Below are positions 1 to 13,866 of a stretch of 64,000 bases of DNA, one piece after another. A model generated the notes under the pieces. The model did not search any database. It was not told the origin of the DNA and saw only the letters and a list, made by a program, of their open reading frames with translations. Source of the DNA: Octopus vulgaris (taxonomy: Eukaryota); assembly GCA_951406725.2 (NCBI GenBank), contig OX597815.1, positions 161,014,001-161,078,000 of the forward strand. The letters are read 5' to 3'. A program made the position numbers and the translations under genes. Position 1 is the first letter of the stretch, and each line of letters opens with the position of its first letter.

Positions 1-164
1 GTAGAAGAGCTTGGATTAACTAAAGTTTAATCAGTATAACTATATTTAACAAAGGAATGGGTCTTATGGTTTAGATATATAAAAAAAGTGTGATGGATAG
101 CTAAACTGAAATGTCCATTGAAGTATAAATGGTACCTATATGAGCATACATAAAAGGAATAGAG

Positions 165-166
<2 letters not shown>

Positions 167-227
<61 letters not shown>

Positions 228-258
228 GGGAGAGGGTGAGAGAGAGAGAGAGGGAGAT
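167..258. repeat. (GATA)n followed by (GA)n microsatellite
   Basis: Directly visible agat array then gaga array. Confidence 0.95.
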
Positions 259-1102
259 AGCAGTATGTTATAACTGAGATATGCAGGTTATCCAGTTAAA
301 ACAAAGAAAAAATTATTTTGTTGTACAATCACTATCAACTTTTGTATTCACTTTTTCATGCTAACAAGGGTTGGACAGTTTTTTTTTCTCAAACTATGTT
401 TTATGGCTGGATGCTCTTTCTCTCCCCAAACTTTTTATTCATTTTCAATGACAATTATTTTCAATCCAAGATACACATGATAAGTCATTTAGATGTTGAA
501 TACTTACTGGAAATTACAAAGTAAAGTATTGATTGTCAGATTAATAGGCTGTTAATGTTAGGACTAGCTGAAGAAATTCTGTTGTGATCTGAATTTCCTT
601 GAACTATGACAGTCACCTAGGGTGAAAACAAACCAAAGAATCATGGCTTCAGTTTTGAAAATCATATGCATAAAAATTAACATGGTTGAATGACTAGTTT
701 TAATATTAGAAAATAATCACAAAAGATACATAGGGATTATTTGTATGGGCTGTCCCAGTGTGGAAAAATATGCATGATAAAGAGGAGAAACTGACTTCAA
801 TCATTATCATCATCATCATCGTCATTATTTTATTTCAATTTTCCATGCTTGCATGAATCAGACAGAATTCATTAAGGCAGATTTTCTACAGCCAGGAGCC
901 CATTTTGTCACCATTTTCAAGTAAGGCAATATTTTACTATGGCCAAGTATGTTTTCACAGAATATTGGAGACACTACTTATATTACATTGACACTTGTTT
1001 ACATCTATCATGCAATGTCAATGCAAAGAAATAATAACACACACACACACATGCATAACACACACATACACACACACAAGTGTGCATGCACAAACATACA
1101 TA

Positions 1103-1145
<43 letters not shown>

Positions 1146-1961
1146 TATATATGTATATGTATAATTAATAAAAACAACAGCTTGTAATGTTTCACCAAAA
1201 AGAAGAATTACAAATGTCACTAAATGCAACTAGGATGTTAGGAAGCACCTACATTGCTAGAATGAAGAGCTAAACTGCTCTAATGATGTAGTTAGTGCAA
1301 ATGAATAAAAGTATATACACTAACAGGGAACATAATTGTCCAAAAAATGCCAATCGAGAATTCTTAATACGGACGTGTCAGTTTTGACAATTTCTCTTGC
1401 CACATCAGTTAAGACAGCTCAACTTGGTTCTCTCTGGACTTGCTTTACCATTAGGATCTATGTTTTCATCATCCAAATAATTGGATGGTTTAGCAATTCA
1501 CTAATATGTATATATAAAATTAACAGGGACCATAATCATCGGAAAAGTACCGATCAAGAATTCTTAATACTGACATGTCAGTTTCAACAATTTTGGCAAT
1601 CAATGCACTGGGCCCTATATTATTTATTGACAGCAAGCTATAACTTAGATCAAAATTGGGCCTCTAGACCATGAAGTTGCCAGGCAAGTCAGGGTACTGG
1701 GCCCTATAATTTTTATTTACAGCAAACCATGGCATAGATTAGAATTAGGCCCCTAGACTCATGAGGCTCTCAGACGATTATCCAGTGTGCCCATGTGGTA
1801 CCAGTTTGGACAATTGCATAAATACTCTGTGATTCATTTGCACTGATTGCAATTGGTGGAAGTAGTTGAATATTAGTTTAAAATTGTTGAACAAAACAAT
1901 TACAGGAAAGAGAGAAACTGGTGAAGAGTGTAAGCAAAAACAGAATACAATGCTTTCTGCC

Positions 1962-2500
1962 CAGGCATGGTTGTGTGGTTTAGAAGCTCATTTTGCAACC
2001 ACATGGTTTTGGGTTTAGTCCTACTACACAACACCTTGGGCAAAAGTTTTTACTATAGCTCCAGGCCAACAAAAACCTTATAATTGAATTTGTTGGACAG
2101 AAACGGTGTGGAAACCTGTCATATATTTATATATATATATATATATGTATATAGGGGAGAGTTCACGAAAAAACAAAAGATGGAGACAGGTGGTGCACAA
2201 AACAAACAGATGTATTAGTATAATGTTCAAGAATTGAAAAATTCTTTTACGTTTTGAGCCTACGCTCTTCCACAGAAAGCAACACAGAAAGAAACAAGGA
2301 GAGAAAAAAAATGTGCATAGTGGCTACCGATCTAGTTGTGTATATATTTGAGTGGTTTGTTTACCACTCCATAACTTAGTGGTCTAGCAAATGAGATTAA
2401 TAGAGTAAATACCAGACTTTAAAAAGTATTGGGCTCAATTTGTCTGGTTAAACCCTTCAAGGTGGTGTCGGAGCTTGGCCACAGTTCAATGACTGAAACA
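1962..2500 (+). mobile_element. Diverged tRNA-derived CORE-type SINE (family A), interrupted at 2152-2335
   Basis: Head ggcatggttgtgtggt...caaccacatggtt, core accttgggcaa, central TA array, tail aaggtggtg...ggccacagttcaatgactgaaacaa; homologous to 26064-26460. Confidence 0.8.
2152..2335 (-). repeat. Short interspersed element, probably a Penelope-like terminal fragment; second copy at about 46630-46820
   Basis: Shared blocks aaaaacaaa..ga.g.agacag, acaaacag.tgt.ttagt.taatg.tc and ttttgagccta.gctcttc.acagaaag; both copies lie within or next to microsatellites. Confidence 0.6.
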
Positions 2501-3019
2501 AATAATAACAAATATCAACTAGGAAAATATCTGGAATATTTGTTCCAGATCAAACATCTCTGTCTGAAAGCACTAACAAAATTTGTCTCATTTTAGGTTA
2601 CTACGTCTAATAAATAATATTGATGAGGAAGAAAGCTAACATTTCAGAACTATATAAGGTAGAAAATTAGAAAAGGAATTTCTTATTTCCAACATCTGTC
2701 TCTGGCATCCTGCCTAAGTGAAATTTACTGTTTGTCAGTTGATAGATAAAAGGCATACATGAGTGCAGTAATATTTACTGGTGATTAAGGCTGGCCTCAG
2801 ACCAAATATTTGTGGTAACCATACTTCCTCAGTTTTATCTGGAGACATGTCATGTCGGAAGCTGATCACAATGTCTTTGTATAAATGTATTTATAAGAAA
2901 AAGCTTCAAGATTATGTAGACCTGAACTTCGATATTATCATATTTGTGATTGATTTACAAAGCACACATACATAAACATACTGTATATGTGTTTATAGGT
3001 GTTTCTTTGTTTGTGTGTT

Positions 3020-3843
3020 TAAGAGTAAGCAGTGGCTACTTTCCAAGACCCTGGATTTTTAGAATTGTTTTTTTTTTTTATTATGGAGCTTTGTAAGAGT
3101 ATTGGTAGGTTTGTTTCTATAGTGTGGAAAATGTTGGTCACTCCTGAATTATGTCTATTGATAAATAGAATAGTATTTTCTTCAATATTTTTTCAAAAGT
3201 GTCCTCAGTTGTATGATGTCTAGTTTTCATTGCCTTTATAATTCCATCATTTATTAATTTTAAGGAGTCATTCTGTTTTTTGCTTAGGAAGACTTTGAGT
3301 TCATAGAGTTGAATTTGATACATTTTCAGATCAACTACTATTGCACGGATACATCTTATCATACTATATGTAATGTTACTTTTAATGTGTGAAGGATGGC
3401 AAGAGTAGGAGTTCAAATACTGGTGTGTGTCTGTTATTTAGTAAAATATATCCATTGTTATGGTGGAGTCACATATTTTTATGCAAATATCTAGGAATAG
3501 TAAGTCATTATAATTGATTTCTGTCAGGAATTTGGTAGATGGGTGAAGGGTATTTAGAATGTTATTGAATATTTGCAGATCATCATTTCATTTCTCCCAA
3601 AAGTTAAAGCAGTCAATGAGGAAGTGTTCCACTTTTCCATGACATGTGTTCTTGAAATTTTGGTCAAAAGTTTTCTCTATTTCTACTATTTTTCTACTAA
3701 AAAACTCATAACTAGGTTAGCATATGATGGTGTAAATTTCGTCACCATAGCTGTGCCCTTTATTTGCTGATATGTTTTACCATCAAAGTTAAATGTGTTC
3801 TTCTTTAGAACCATGCATACTGCCTGGGTAACGATATCCATTT
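3020..3843 (-). pseudogene. Penelope-like element reverse transcriptase remnant
   Basis: Minus-strand peptides [41 protein letters not shown] and TDTHQYLNSYSCHPSHIKSNITYSMIRCI match PLE RT and thumb motifs (YxQxxGTAMG, SxHP); stops and frameshifts present. Confidence 0.88.
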
Positions 3844-3850
3844 TGAAATG

Positions 3851-3882
<32 letters not shown>

Positions 3883-4168
3883 TATATGCTATAGGGAGGG
3901 AAAGTCATATGCAAAAAGTTATTGAGTGAAAGTATAATAGTTTGAGTATAATCTGTTATCAGATGCAAATAGAAGAGTCCAAGGAACAGAGGAAGAGTAG
4001 TAAACAAAGATAGGAGAGGGTAGGAACAAAATTGCATGTCGTTGACTCACATATTTATGTACAAATATGTATATTTAAATCTACTTTGAAAAAAGTATGA
4101 ATGCCTCTTCTTTTCTTTTATGACACTTATTTAACCATTTCTCTCTCTCCCTCTCCCTCCTCTCTTTC

Positions 4169-4202
<34 letters not shown>

Positions 4203-5014
4203 GTTAGTTAGACAGATAGATAGACAGATAAATAGATAGATATATTGCTAGAAAAAGTATTCCTTAAATCCTGTGAGAATATTTTCATGCAAGGTTCATT
4301 TAAAATACTTGATTAATTTTTATGTAACAGACACAGATTCAAGCTATAATATATTTGGAAAATAATGCTAATTATATGGCGCATGAAAAATAAACCAAAG
4401 CATATATAATAAAATAATTGCATGAATATTTCCTTTTTATATTCTTTCCTAAAAATGATTGTAAGTTTCTGGCTGGCACCACTCATAAAAATAGAAAACA
4501 CATCAATGTGGTGCTTTCATCAGAAAAGAGACAGACATTAGAAAATACATTTATTATATAACCTGGTATTATCTGTAAACATTTGTATGTGTGTGTATCC
4601 ACGTAAAACAATGATCAGAAATAGTGAGATATACTCCTACTCATAATTTTCTTCTAGAGTATTTGTGTCAGTGCAACACAATTAATGTAATCAAGGATTA
4701 CATAGAATGCTTGGGTGGAGGAGTAGAATCATTAGATTTAACAAGGAAACTACAGTATTTGTAGTGGCTCTCTACATTCTGTGTTCAAATTCCGCAAAAG
4801 TCAACTTTGCTTGTCATTCTTCTGGGGTCTATAAAGTAAAGTACCTGTCAAATACAGGGGTCAATTCAGTTAACTAACCCCCTTCCCAAGTATTACAGGC
4901 CCTGTTAGAAATTATGTGGGTGAGTTGTAAGTTCAGAAGTGAAACGGAAGAACATATAAAGAAAGAGTGGGTCAACACGAATTTCTAGTTGTGCCCCATC
5001 ATTTCCTTTTACTA

Positions 5015-5450
5015 GTTTCAGTCATTGGACCGTGTTTGTGCTGGAGCAGACTCATTTCTATCTCAAAAATGAATAAACATATTCATTTTTGAAAGATTTA
5101 TTTCTAGAAACAAAATAATGTCATTCAATGCATTTAAATATCTAAAGGTTTTAGTTGACGTATATTGTGTATAGTATATTAACAAGTTCAAAGCATCAGA
5201 TAGTGTCCACACACATAAAACAGTATGATGAAAGGTGTCTATTTACTTTTGAGATGTGGTGCATATTGGTATACAAATTTTGAACTGGGAACTGTTATAT
5301 AGTGCATGGCACCATTTCCGAATCTTGTTGGTGCTATATGCTGCAATATATTGCAGTTCAGACAGAATCCTCTTATGTAGCCTTAAATGAAAATGTCTTC
5401 AACAGCAGGTTGCACTGTTATGTTAGTTCTTTCAAGTACCATTCTAAAGA
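5015..5450. repeat. Locally duplicated segment, copy 1 (others at about 7699-8300 and 8305-8715)
   Basis: ctatctcaaaaatgaat...tttatttctagaaacaaaa.aatgtcattcaatgcatttaaatatctaa shared with 7753+; aaatgaaaatgtcttcaa present in all three copies. Confidence 0.85.
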
Positions 5451-7698
5451 TGGATTTATAACTCCGCAGAAACATGAGTAATGAAATCAGTAGTGTAGAA
5501 CAGAAGGCTCAGCTACCACAGGTCAGATCAGTGGATATTGGTAGAAATGTTTACAGCATTGGCTGAGGTGCATTGTGTTATTGTTCTAGCACTTTGTATT
5601 CTGAGTGCAAATTTTACCTCCAGTTGCTGACCTTCAATCTTTAGGGACTTGGCTAAGAGTGATACACCTCTGATGTTGGATAGAATGGAGCAATAGCCCA
5701 GGTGCATAAAAAAAAAGCATGAGCAAACACTGCTCAAAGAAAGATAAATGTGGTCATACTGGAGCAATATTTTGAAGGGTTTTAGTTGATCAAATAAACT
5801 CCCGTACTTAAGTTAACAATCTCTTTTTGTCACACTGCAAGTTATGAGAAATAAGCACAGAAGACCAGTTCCTTCAAATGCTGTGAATAGGGAAACAGAT
5901 TTCAGAAAGATATATACAAATACACTTACAGACACACATGCATACAACACACACACTGCAGGCTTCCACATAGTTTCTGTCTTCCAACTTCACTCACAAG
6001 TATTAGTCAGCTCAAAGCTATAGTAAGGACACTTGCTTGAGTTACCTAGACCATGTGGTTTTGTAGCAATGTCTGTATGTATAGGCTTGAAAAACAATAT
6101 CATCATAGTTAATCAAACTTTCTACATTTCAAAATCCTTTTTACAAAATATATTTCTCTGTTTCAGAAAGTAGGATCTGATTTAGGCGGAAGTGGGTGAA
6201 ACTGCTAAATCTAGCAGTTTAAGTTACTCTTTAGAAGAATTCTTGAAGTATTAATAACCAAAGTAAAAGAGTTCAAAATTAAATAACCAATAAATTGACT
6301 TATTTATGACTTATTTATAGCACTTATTTAGCTAATGTATCTAATGATAGTTAAATATTTATGAAATGAAGATTTCGTTAGTTGGTACCAATATGCCTTA
6401 AAGCAACAATACTTTAATGGGAGGTGTGATTCTTATTTATTTCTCATTAGCAACAAGATGAGTTAGTCATTCATAAAGGACACAGCTTCCAGCATTTGGC
6501 AAGATCAGTTGGATTTAGTAAAGAAATTATAATAAACATATATAGCCATCACGTCATCCATCTTATTTCCATTTCCTTTCCATACTTTTTGTTTTAATAT
6601 TAATTCTGTAATAAATGCCCTGTGAAACACCTCAAAGGCCTTATGATTGTTGCCAACATTTGGTTAAGATCACTGATTTCAATTATATTTCATACTAGAT
6701 GGACACTTTTTAGTAATTAGCAAAAGGCAGGTGTACCAAGCAAGATTTTAACAGCAAATGGAGATTCGGTATACATATGCAGAAAATGCACACTCAAGTG
6801 TTAGTTTAGTTCCTCTTAATAATCAGGTTATCGTAAACTATGCTACATCTGTTTCCTTTTAAATCACTTCGTCTTCTTTCACATTCTTTAATACAAACAA
6901 TCTCACTATTTTGTTTTGTCTTTTGTAGATACACTAACAGATACACTATAGATTTCTATACAAAAGAAAGTAGCAATGTAAATACAGTTGCATGCTTATG
7001 TATATATATATATTTAGAAAAAGATAGTAATGGCCAGTTCACAGGTTACCCAGGGTCTTGCATCTATAAAGTGTCTAGCTTTACATAGGTGTCATCAGGC
7101 ACAACTTGTGAATGGCCAACAGCTCGGCATAATATCTTTCAGGGATCCTAAATGAAGATTTGTGATTGGAGAGGTGCTGTTTGAATATGTGTGTGTGTAT
7201 TGGATATATATACAAAAAATATAAACATATTTAAAAATAATATTATCCAGCAAGAATAAAGCACCATAAAAGGTAGAATTATAGATATCCAGAGCTGATG
7301 TACATAGCACCGATAGCTTACTGGCTACTATTTCTAGCAACAATTGTTCGTGTACATCAGCTTTGAATATTTATATTGGATAGATAGATAGATAGATAGA
7401 TAGATAGACAGTCAGACACACACACATACATGCATACATACATACATACATGCATACATACATACATACATACATACATACAATCAATAGAAGTTTCTCC
7501 AAAACACCTCTCCATCACAACCCACTCTAAAACCTAATTACCACTCCATTCAAACCCACATACCCAAGGAAGATTTTAATCCAACAGAGATTATATAAGG
7601 CCAAAGATAAACTTCAATGCACTGCAGCCCAGCGTTGGTCTAAGTGGCCAAAACTTCAAAGTCACTGTCAATTGCTTAAAAACAATATATCTTTTTAC

Positions 7699-8715
7699 CA
7701 GTTACAGTCATTGGAATGTGGTCATGCTGGAGCACACACACACACACACTACTATCTCAAAAATGAATCGACACATTTGTTTTTGAGTAATTTATTTCTA
7801 GAAACAAAAAAATGTCATTCAATGCATTTAAATATCTAATCTAGTTTTTAGTAGACATGTGTTCTACATAATACTTTAACAAGTTTGACACACCAGGTAG
7901 TGTCCACACAGATGAAATAGTATAATATGAGGTGTCTTTTTACTTTTGAGATGTCTGTGTATATTGGCATAGAAATTTTGAACTGAAAACTGTTATATAG
8001 TGTCATGAATAACACTAGATACTGCAATATATTGTAATTCAGGCAACATCCTCTTATGTAGCCCTAAATGAAAATGTCTTCAAGAGTAGGCTGCACTAAT
8101 ATGCCAGTTCTTTCAAGCGCCAGTCAAACTGTGATTTCCAGACACATTAGGCAACAAAGAATAAATAGATAAAGAAAGAAAAAGATAAAACTTTAAGACA
8201 ACATGACCAGACCTTGTTTGAGGATCAGCCTGCAAAAGCTAGGAGACAACTTATGTATAAGAGAGAAATGTATTTCACCACTCAAAGCAATTTTTTCTTT
8301 ATTTCTGTGTATATTGGTGTGCAAATTTTGAGCTGGAAACTATTATATAGTGCCATGAATTGATCTATTCTTGTATCTATTTGGAGCTAGATACCGGAAT
8401 TTATTGCAGCTGAAGTGCAGTAGTTTATTGTAGTTCAGACTGCATCTTTTTATATAGCTTCAAATGAAAATGTCTTCAAGAGCAGGTTGTGCTGATATAT
8501 TTGTTCTTTCAAACACCAGTCTAAAGAAAATAGAACTGTGATTTCCCGGCACAGTAGGCAACAAAGAATGGATAGATAAATGAAAGAAAGAAAAAAAAAG
8601 ACTCTAAGACAACATGATCAGAACGTCTTTGAGGATCAGTCTGCAAAAGCTGGCTCGAAAGAGACAACTTAAGTATAACAGAGAAATGTATTTCACCACT
8701 CTAAGCAGGTTTTTT
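7699..8715. repeat. Locally duplicated segment, copies 2 and 3 (partial tandem)
   Basis: About 7955-8300 and 8305-8715 share actgtgatttcc.g.caca.taggcaacaaagaat, tttgaggatcag.ctgcaaaagct and agagaaatgtatttcaccactc. Confidence 0.85.
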
Positions 8716-9538
8716 CCTCTTTACTTACTAATCTCTAACTGCAGACAGACCTACAGATTCCCTCTAGTGAATTAAACTCATTACTTACGTTGCATAATAA
8801 TAAGCCAAGGTGTCTTCCTTTCATATTCACTTATGGTTATTGAAAAACCTGTTGAACCATGCCTAATGTCACATGACAACAACCAAGCTTTCTCTGCTTT
8901 GCATCCACTAAAGATTGTTGTATCCACTCAGATTAGCAACTACTTAGCTATTAGCATGAGACTAATGCTTGGGTTTAATGCCAAAATTATTAAATATATA
9001 TATATATATATACTTATCAGATTTTTCCATATTCCGGTTAACTTCATATTGGGCACATTATGTTTCTTTCACAAAAAAGATGCAGTAAAGCACACCTTGT
9101 AGTGTGTGTGTATGTGGATGTGCGTACATGCGTGTGTGTGTGCATGCATGTGTGTGCATATGTGTACATGCATGCATATGTGTGTGTATATGTGTGTATA
9201 TATATGTCTATATATATATATACACACAGACACACATACAAACACACACACTCACAGATACACTTACATACACTCATGCACACACATACAAGCATGTGTG
9301 TGTTTGTTGATATTTGCAATCTATGAAAGTTGTGCACTATGAATTGTATTGTTGTTAGTTCTTCTGTCAACAAAAGGTCCGCTCACTTTGTGCCTTCAAA
9401 GATGCATGGAATAAGAAGTCTTTTACTTGAAAAACACATAAAGTTTAGCATCTGGCTGTAAAACAATATCCCAGTAATATATTTACCTCATCCATGCTAG
9501 CTTAGAAAAACAAGTAAAACAATCACACACACGAGCAT

Positions 9539-9577
<39 letters not shown>

Positions 9578-11897
9578 GTCTCAAAATACAAAGATGAACT
9601 TTTTCTAAATGTACTTTGATATAATGATAAAATCTGAATTAATTACTGGATGTTTGTGAGTAACTAGATTTATATTACATTTTAAAAAAATATGATTAAT
9701 GAAACATAGTTGCCTAATTTCATCTTCTATTTGACATTTCTGGTACTGCAAATTACATCCATAGTTTATACAGGAATTGTCACTCCTCCACCCCACCCCC
9801 CAAAAAAAACATTGCAGGAGGTTGGAAATCAAATTGGTTTTCTAAGTGGCAGTCTACTTACATTCGGGAAGATAATCAAGTCAGTTGAATGTATCTTTTG
9901 GTGCTGCCCAGGAAGCTTTGTTTCGGTTTTGTCAGACAGGTGGATATGGATACAAATCCTTTGGCAGATCAAGCGTCTCTTCAACATGACTACATCATTC
10001 ACAACTCTTAAACATGGTCACATAATTCATTGTTACTGTGTTGCATTTCCATTAACATCTACACCAGTGCCTCACAATTGCTAATATCAGCTATAGTAGA
10101 ATTCAACTTGTTTGTTGCAGGACCAGTAAGGAAAAAAAAAGCATTTAATAAATATCCTTCAATGAATATAGGAGTTATATGTGAACCACTTCAAGTTTCA
10201 TGCTTGGATAATGCAGCAATAATAAAATGTAACTTTAATAAGATTAGATATTGATTGCAGAAATACTTCAGTGTAGTTTCAAAATATCCCGACAAAAATA
10301 AGAATAAGCAACGATAGAATGGGAAAAATCACCAAGGACCATCTACAATTTTGCAAGAATCATAATAACCATACTAAAGAGGACTGATTTAAAATCATGT
10401 TTGTTAATGTAATTTGCATCTAATGCTCCTTTCTTGCATTATTTATCAAATTCAAATATACTAGCAATACTAGTTCTGTTATAATATGGCGAACTGTAAC
10501 TTTAATGTCCAAAATCCGTATGGGTATTCTGAAAAAGAAGTCACCTGCTCTGACAACCATCTGAAGTTTCACTATATTCAAAATGGATGGTGCACTTTGC
10601 CATTCTGGAAAATGCATTGAAAAACTGGCTTGTAGCTAATATACATACAAAGGTGTTAGGAAGGGCATCCAGCTATAAAAAGCATGCCAAAACAGACACA
10701 GAAGTCTGGTGCAGTCTTCTACCTTGCCAGCTCCTGTCAAACCATCCAACCCATGCCAGCATAGAAGGCAGACATTAAATTATGGGGGGAAAAAGATATG
10801 TACATACATAAATATATACATAAGCATCCTTTACCACTTCACTGCATAGCTTTCCTTTGTACACTTGCTCATATCTGCCATTAAACAAGCTCCCACCTTT
10901 GTTCATCACTATTTCCAGCCCTACTTACTACCTTCAATTTCTGCCTCTGTCACTGTGCATCCCTCTCTCAGCACCCTATGTACACACAGACACTTCACAT
11001 CATCTCACTATTTTGCATCTATTTGCTGTTGAACTAGCAGAACTGTTACTATGCCCAACAAAATGCTTAGTGACATTTTGACCCTCTTTATGTTCTGAGC
11101 TCAAATGCTGCTGAGGTTGTCCTTGTCTTTCCTCCTTTCAGTATCAATAAAATAAGTACCAATCAAGTTCTGGGATCGATATCATTGATTTTCCCCACTC
11201 CTAATAAACTGCTGGCCCTGTGCTCAAATTTGAAACCCTTGTACTGTTGCTCACTCCACCTATTTTCGTACTGCCACCTATCACCTCCTTCCCCTTCACC
11301 CACTCCTATTTCTCCCATTCCTCCTCTTACCAAAGAAAAATTCACGTTTGACCAGCCTCTCCACTTGTGTTCATCGCTCACTGCACTCACCTCTATCCTC
11401 ATCGCTAACCACCAGACACTCTCCACCCACATTCTTGCAAACTTACCCCATATAGTATTTCTGATCCTCTGACCCTATTCTCACTTACATTCCCTACATT
11501 GTACCTTGAGGGCACACCCGAACACTTCAACACCATTATCTCTCTCTTTCTTTCCAGCTGAGGAAGCCAAGTATCTCCTCTTTAACAAAACATCTGTTCC
11601 TGTCCCTCTAATATATTTCAGCCTCTCAACACCTGATATAAAGCCACCTCCCTCAATGCAGCCTCATTCAGCTGAGAGGATCTTGTCTTACAATTTATTT
11701 AGGAATCTCAATAGAACCAGTGTCACAAACAAACAAAAAAAAAATGCATCCTGTACACTCTGTAAAATGGTTGATATTAGAAAAAGTGTTGAGCCATAAA
11801 AACCATGTCAAAGCAGATAATGGAGCTCAACACAGCCCTCTCGAACCATCCAGCCTATGTCAGCATGGAAAACAGATATTAAATGATAATGATGAGG

Positions 11898-11932
<35 letters not shown>

Positions 11933-12003
11933 ACATATAAGCGTGTGTGTGTATCTGTGTGTGTGTGTGTGTGTGCAGGAATATGCAGTCATATATAAAA
12001 CTA

Positions 12004-12211
12004 CAGGGTGTGGCAGAAATACCTCTCACATTTGAAAGGTTGACAAAAGGGAAAAGAAACAAGATTTACGAAAAATTAATTTTACTGTTTAAACAAAGGG
12101 TTACAGTTTTTGTTCATTAGCTAAATGAAAATATCATTGGCACTTGCATAAATTCATTAGCAAAACATAGGTAAAAGTTTAAAATGTGGGAGGTATTTCT
12201 ACTGCACCCTG
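12004..12211. mobile_element. Tc1/mariner-type MITE
   Basis: TIRs cagggtgtggcagaaatacctctcacattt and aaatgtgggaggtatttctactgcaccctg, flanked by TA at 12002-3 and 12212-3. Confidence 0.85.
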
Positions 12212-12713
12212 TAAAATAAAATATAAAATGCACTTTGGGAAGAATAATGCTGTTGGTGAAGTTAGAAGGTAAAGGTGGCAAGACTGTCATAATTTGGAAA
12301 AGCAATATTAAATAAACTTATTGCACAATTTTGATTACCTAACTATGGACTTTCAGTTGAAACATTATTATTTAGCAAAAATCTGCTCAAATACAGATCC
12401 TTTACAGAAGATTTTACTATATAAAATTACACATTCAAATATATACATGCTTGGGTTGGCAGAAAATATGTTGAAGAATGGGAAAAGTGAGTTTGCCAAT
12501 CTGGAAAAATAATTTGTTTTTTTTTTCAGTTTTGGAATAGATATCTTTTGATGTTATCTGTGAATAAGCTGAAACAGCAAATATATTTGGTGTTAACTGT
12601 CTGTAAACTATATTTATATAATATTATTATAATTTCATTATCTGTAATGCAGCATAAGTTGTTTTAGTTTTTTTCTTTTATTTCAGTATGTTTAATACAT
12701 ATGTATGTATAAA

Positions 12714-12723
12714 TCACACACGC

Positions 12724-12760
<37 letters not shown>

Positions 12761-12808
12761 TGAGAGAGAAATTTATATATATATATATATATATATAGTT
12801 AGATAGAG

Positions 12809-12860
<52 letters not shown>

Positions 12861-12978
12861 ATAGAGATACATACATATATATACATGTATATATATCTAG
12901 ATAAATATGTATATCTATGTATATATATATGAAGATACATGTATATATGTCTACACACATACACTCATATACATACAT

Positions 12979-13034
<56 letters not shown>
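12714..13034. repeat. Compound (GT)/(GA)/(TA)/(TACA)/(CA) microsatellite
   Basis: Directly visible. Confidence 0.95.
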
Positions 13035-13036
<2 letters not shown>

Positions 13037-13831
13037 AGACCTCGTATACTTCAGTCAGACTTCATTAGAGCTTCATATCTATTTCTGATGTTTTCTCATT
13101 ATTGTTGTTAGTCCTTTGGTAATTCCTTTCAGTTTTGTTGATATAGTTTCATATAAGCTGTTTAGCTGTCACATTACTATAATTGTATTTATTCGTTTTA
13201 TTTTTGTTTTTTTTTATTTTCCTTAATATGAGTATTTAACTGCATATTGATGTAAATGTCTGTTATTTCTATATGGATGCAAGAGCAGAGTCACATGTTT
13301 CTGAAATCTTGTAATTAATTATCAAACAGCTGACATATAAATTCTAGTCTTGTGACTTAGAATGTTATTAGAAAATTACAGCTGTAGTTTCCTATAGAAA
13401 TCTAATTCTTTGTATAGCTGAAAATCTATATGAAATGTTATCAAAAATATCTCCTCAATATTTTAAATTTTTTATCAAGACAAATATCATAGTGCAGTTT
13501 CTTTACTTCTTGATAATTTTTTTAAAAAATCATCCTATGTTGTATCATATGCATTATCACATCTAAAGAGCACTGTTATATTTATATTTATCAAAGTTAG
13601 CTTTTAAGGTGCGACTAAAACAGTTGTTCCTCTTTAGATTTTTATCGGGAAAATAATTTGATAATAAACTGATTATGATTTAAAATAGCAACAGCATTTT
13701 TGTTAAACAAATATTTAAATCAGTTTAAATGTGTTTAGAACATATTTGAACTGGTAAAAATATTTGCTTACTTGCAACACTATTTAAATACACCTACTAC
13801 AGTATTCTGTTTAGCCAGTGCAGTCAGCATG

Positions 13832-13866
<35 letters not shown>

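Noticed and set aside
2597-2658. Plus-strand AG..GT mini-exon (similar sites near 6167, 20749, 33359, 45785)
   Set aside because: The 2597 segment has stops in all frames, and such splice-like motifs are expected by chance in AT-rich DNA
9044-9373. Six overlapping ORFs on both strands
   Set aside because: Degenerate (TG)/(CA) repeat
11555-11600. CUGAGGA-AGCC as the start of a hammerhead
   Set aside because: No matching stem II partner or GAAA box downstream
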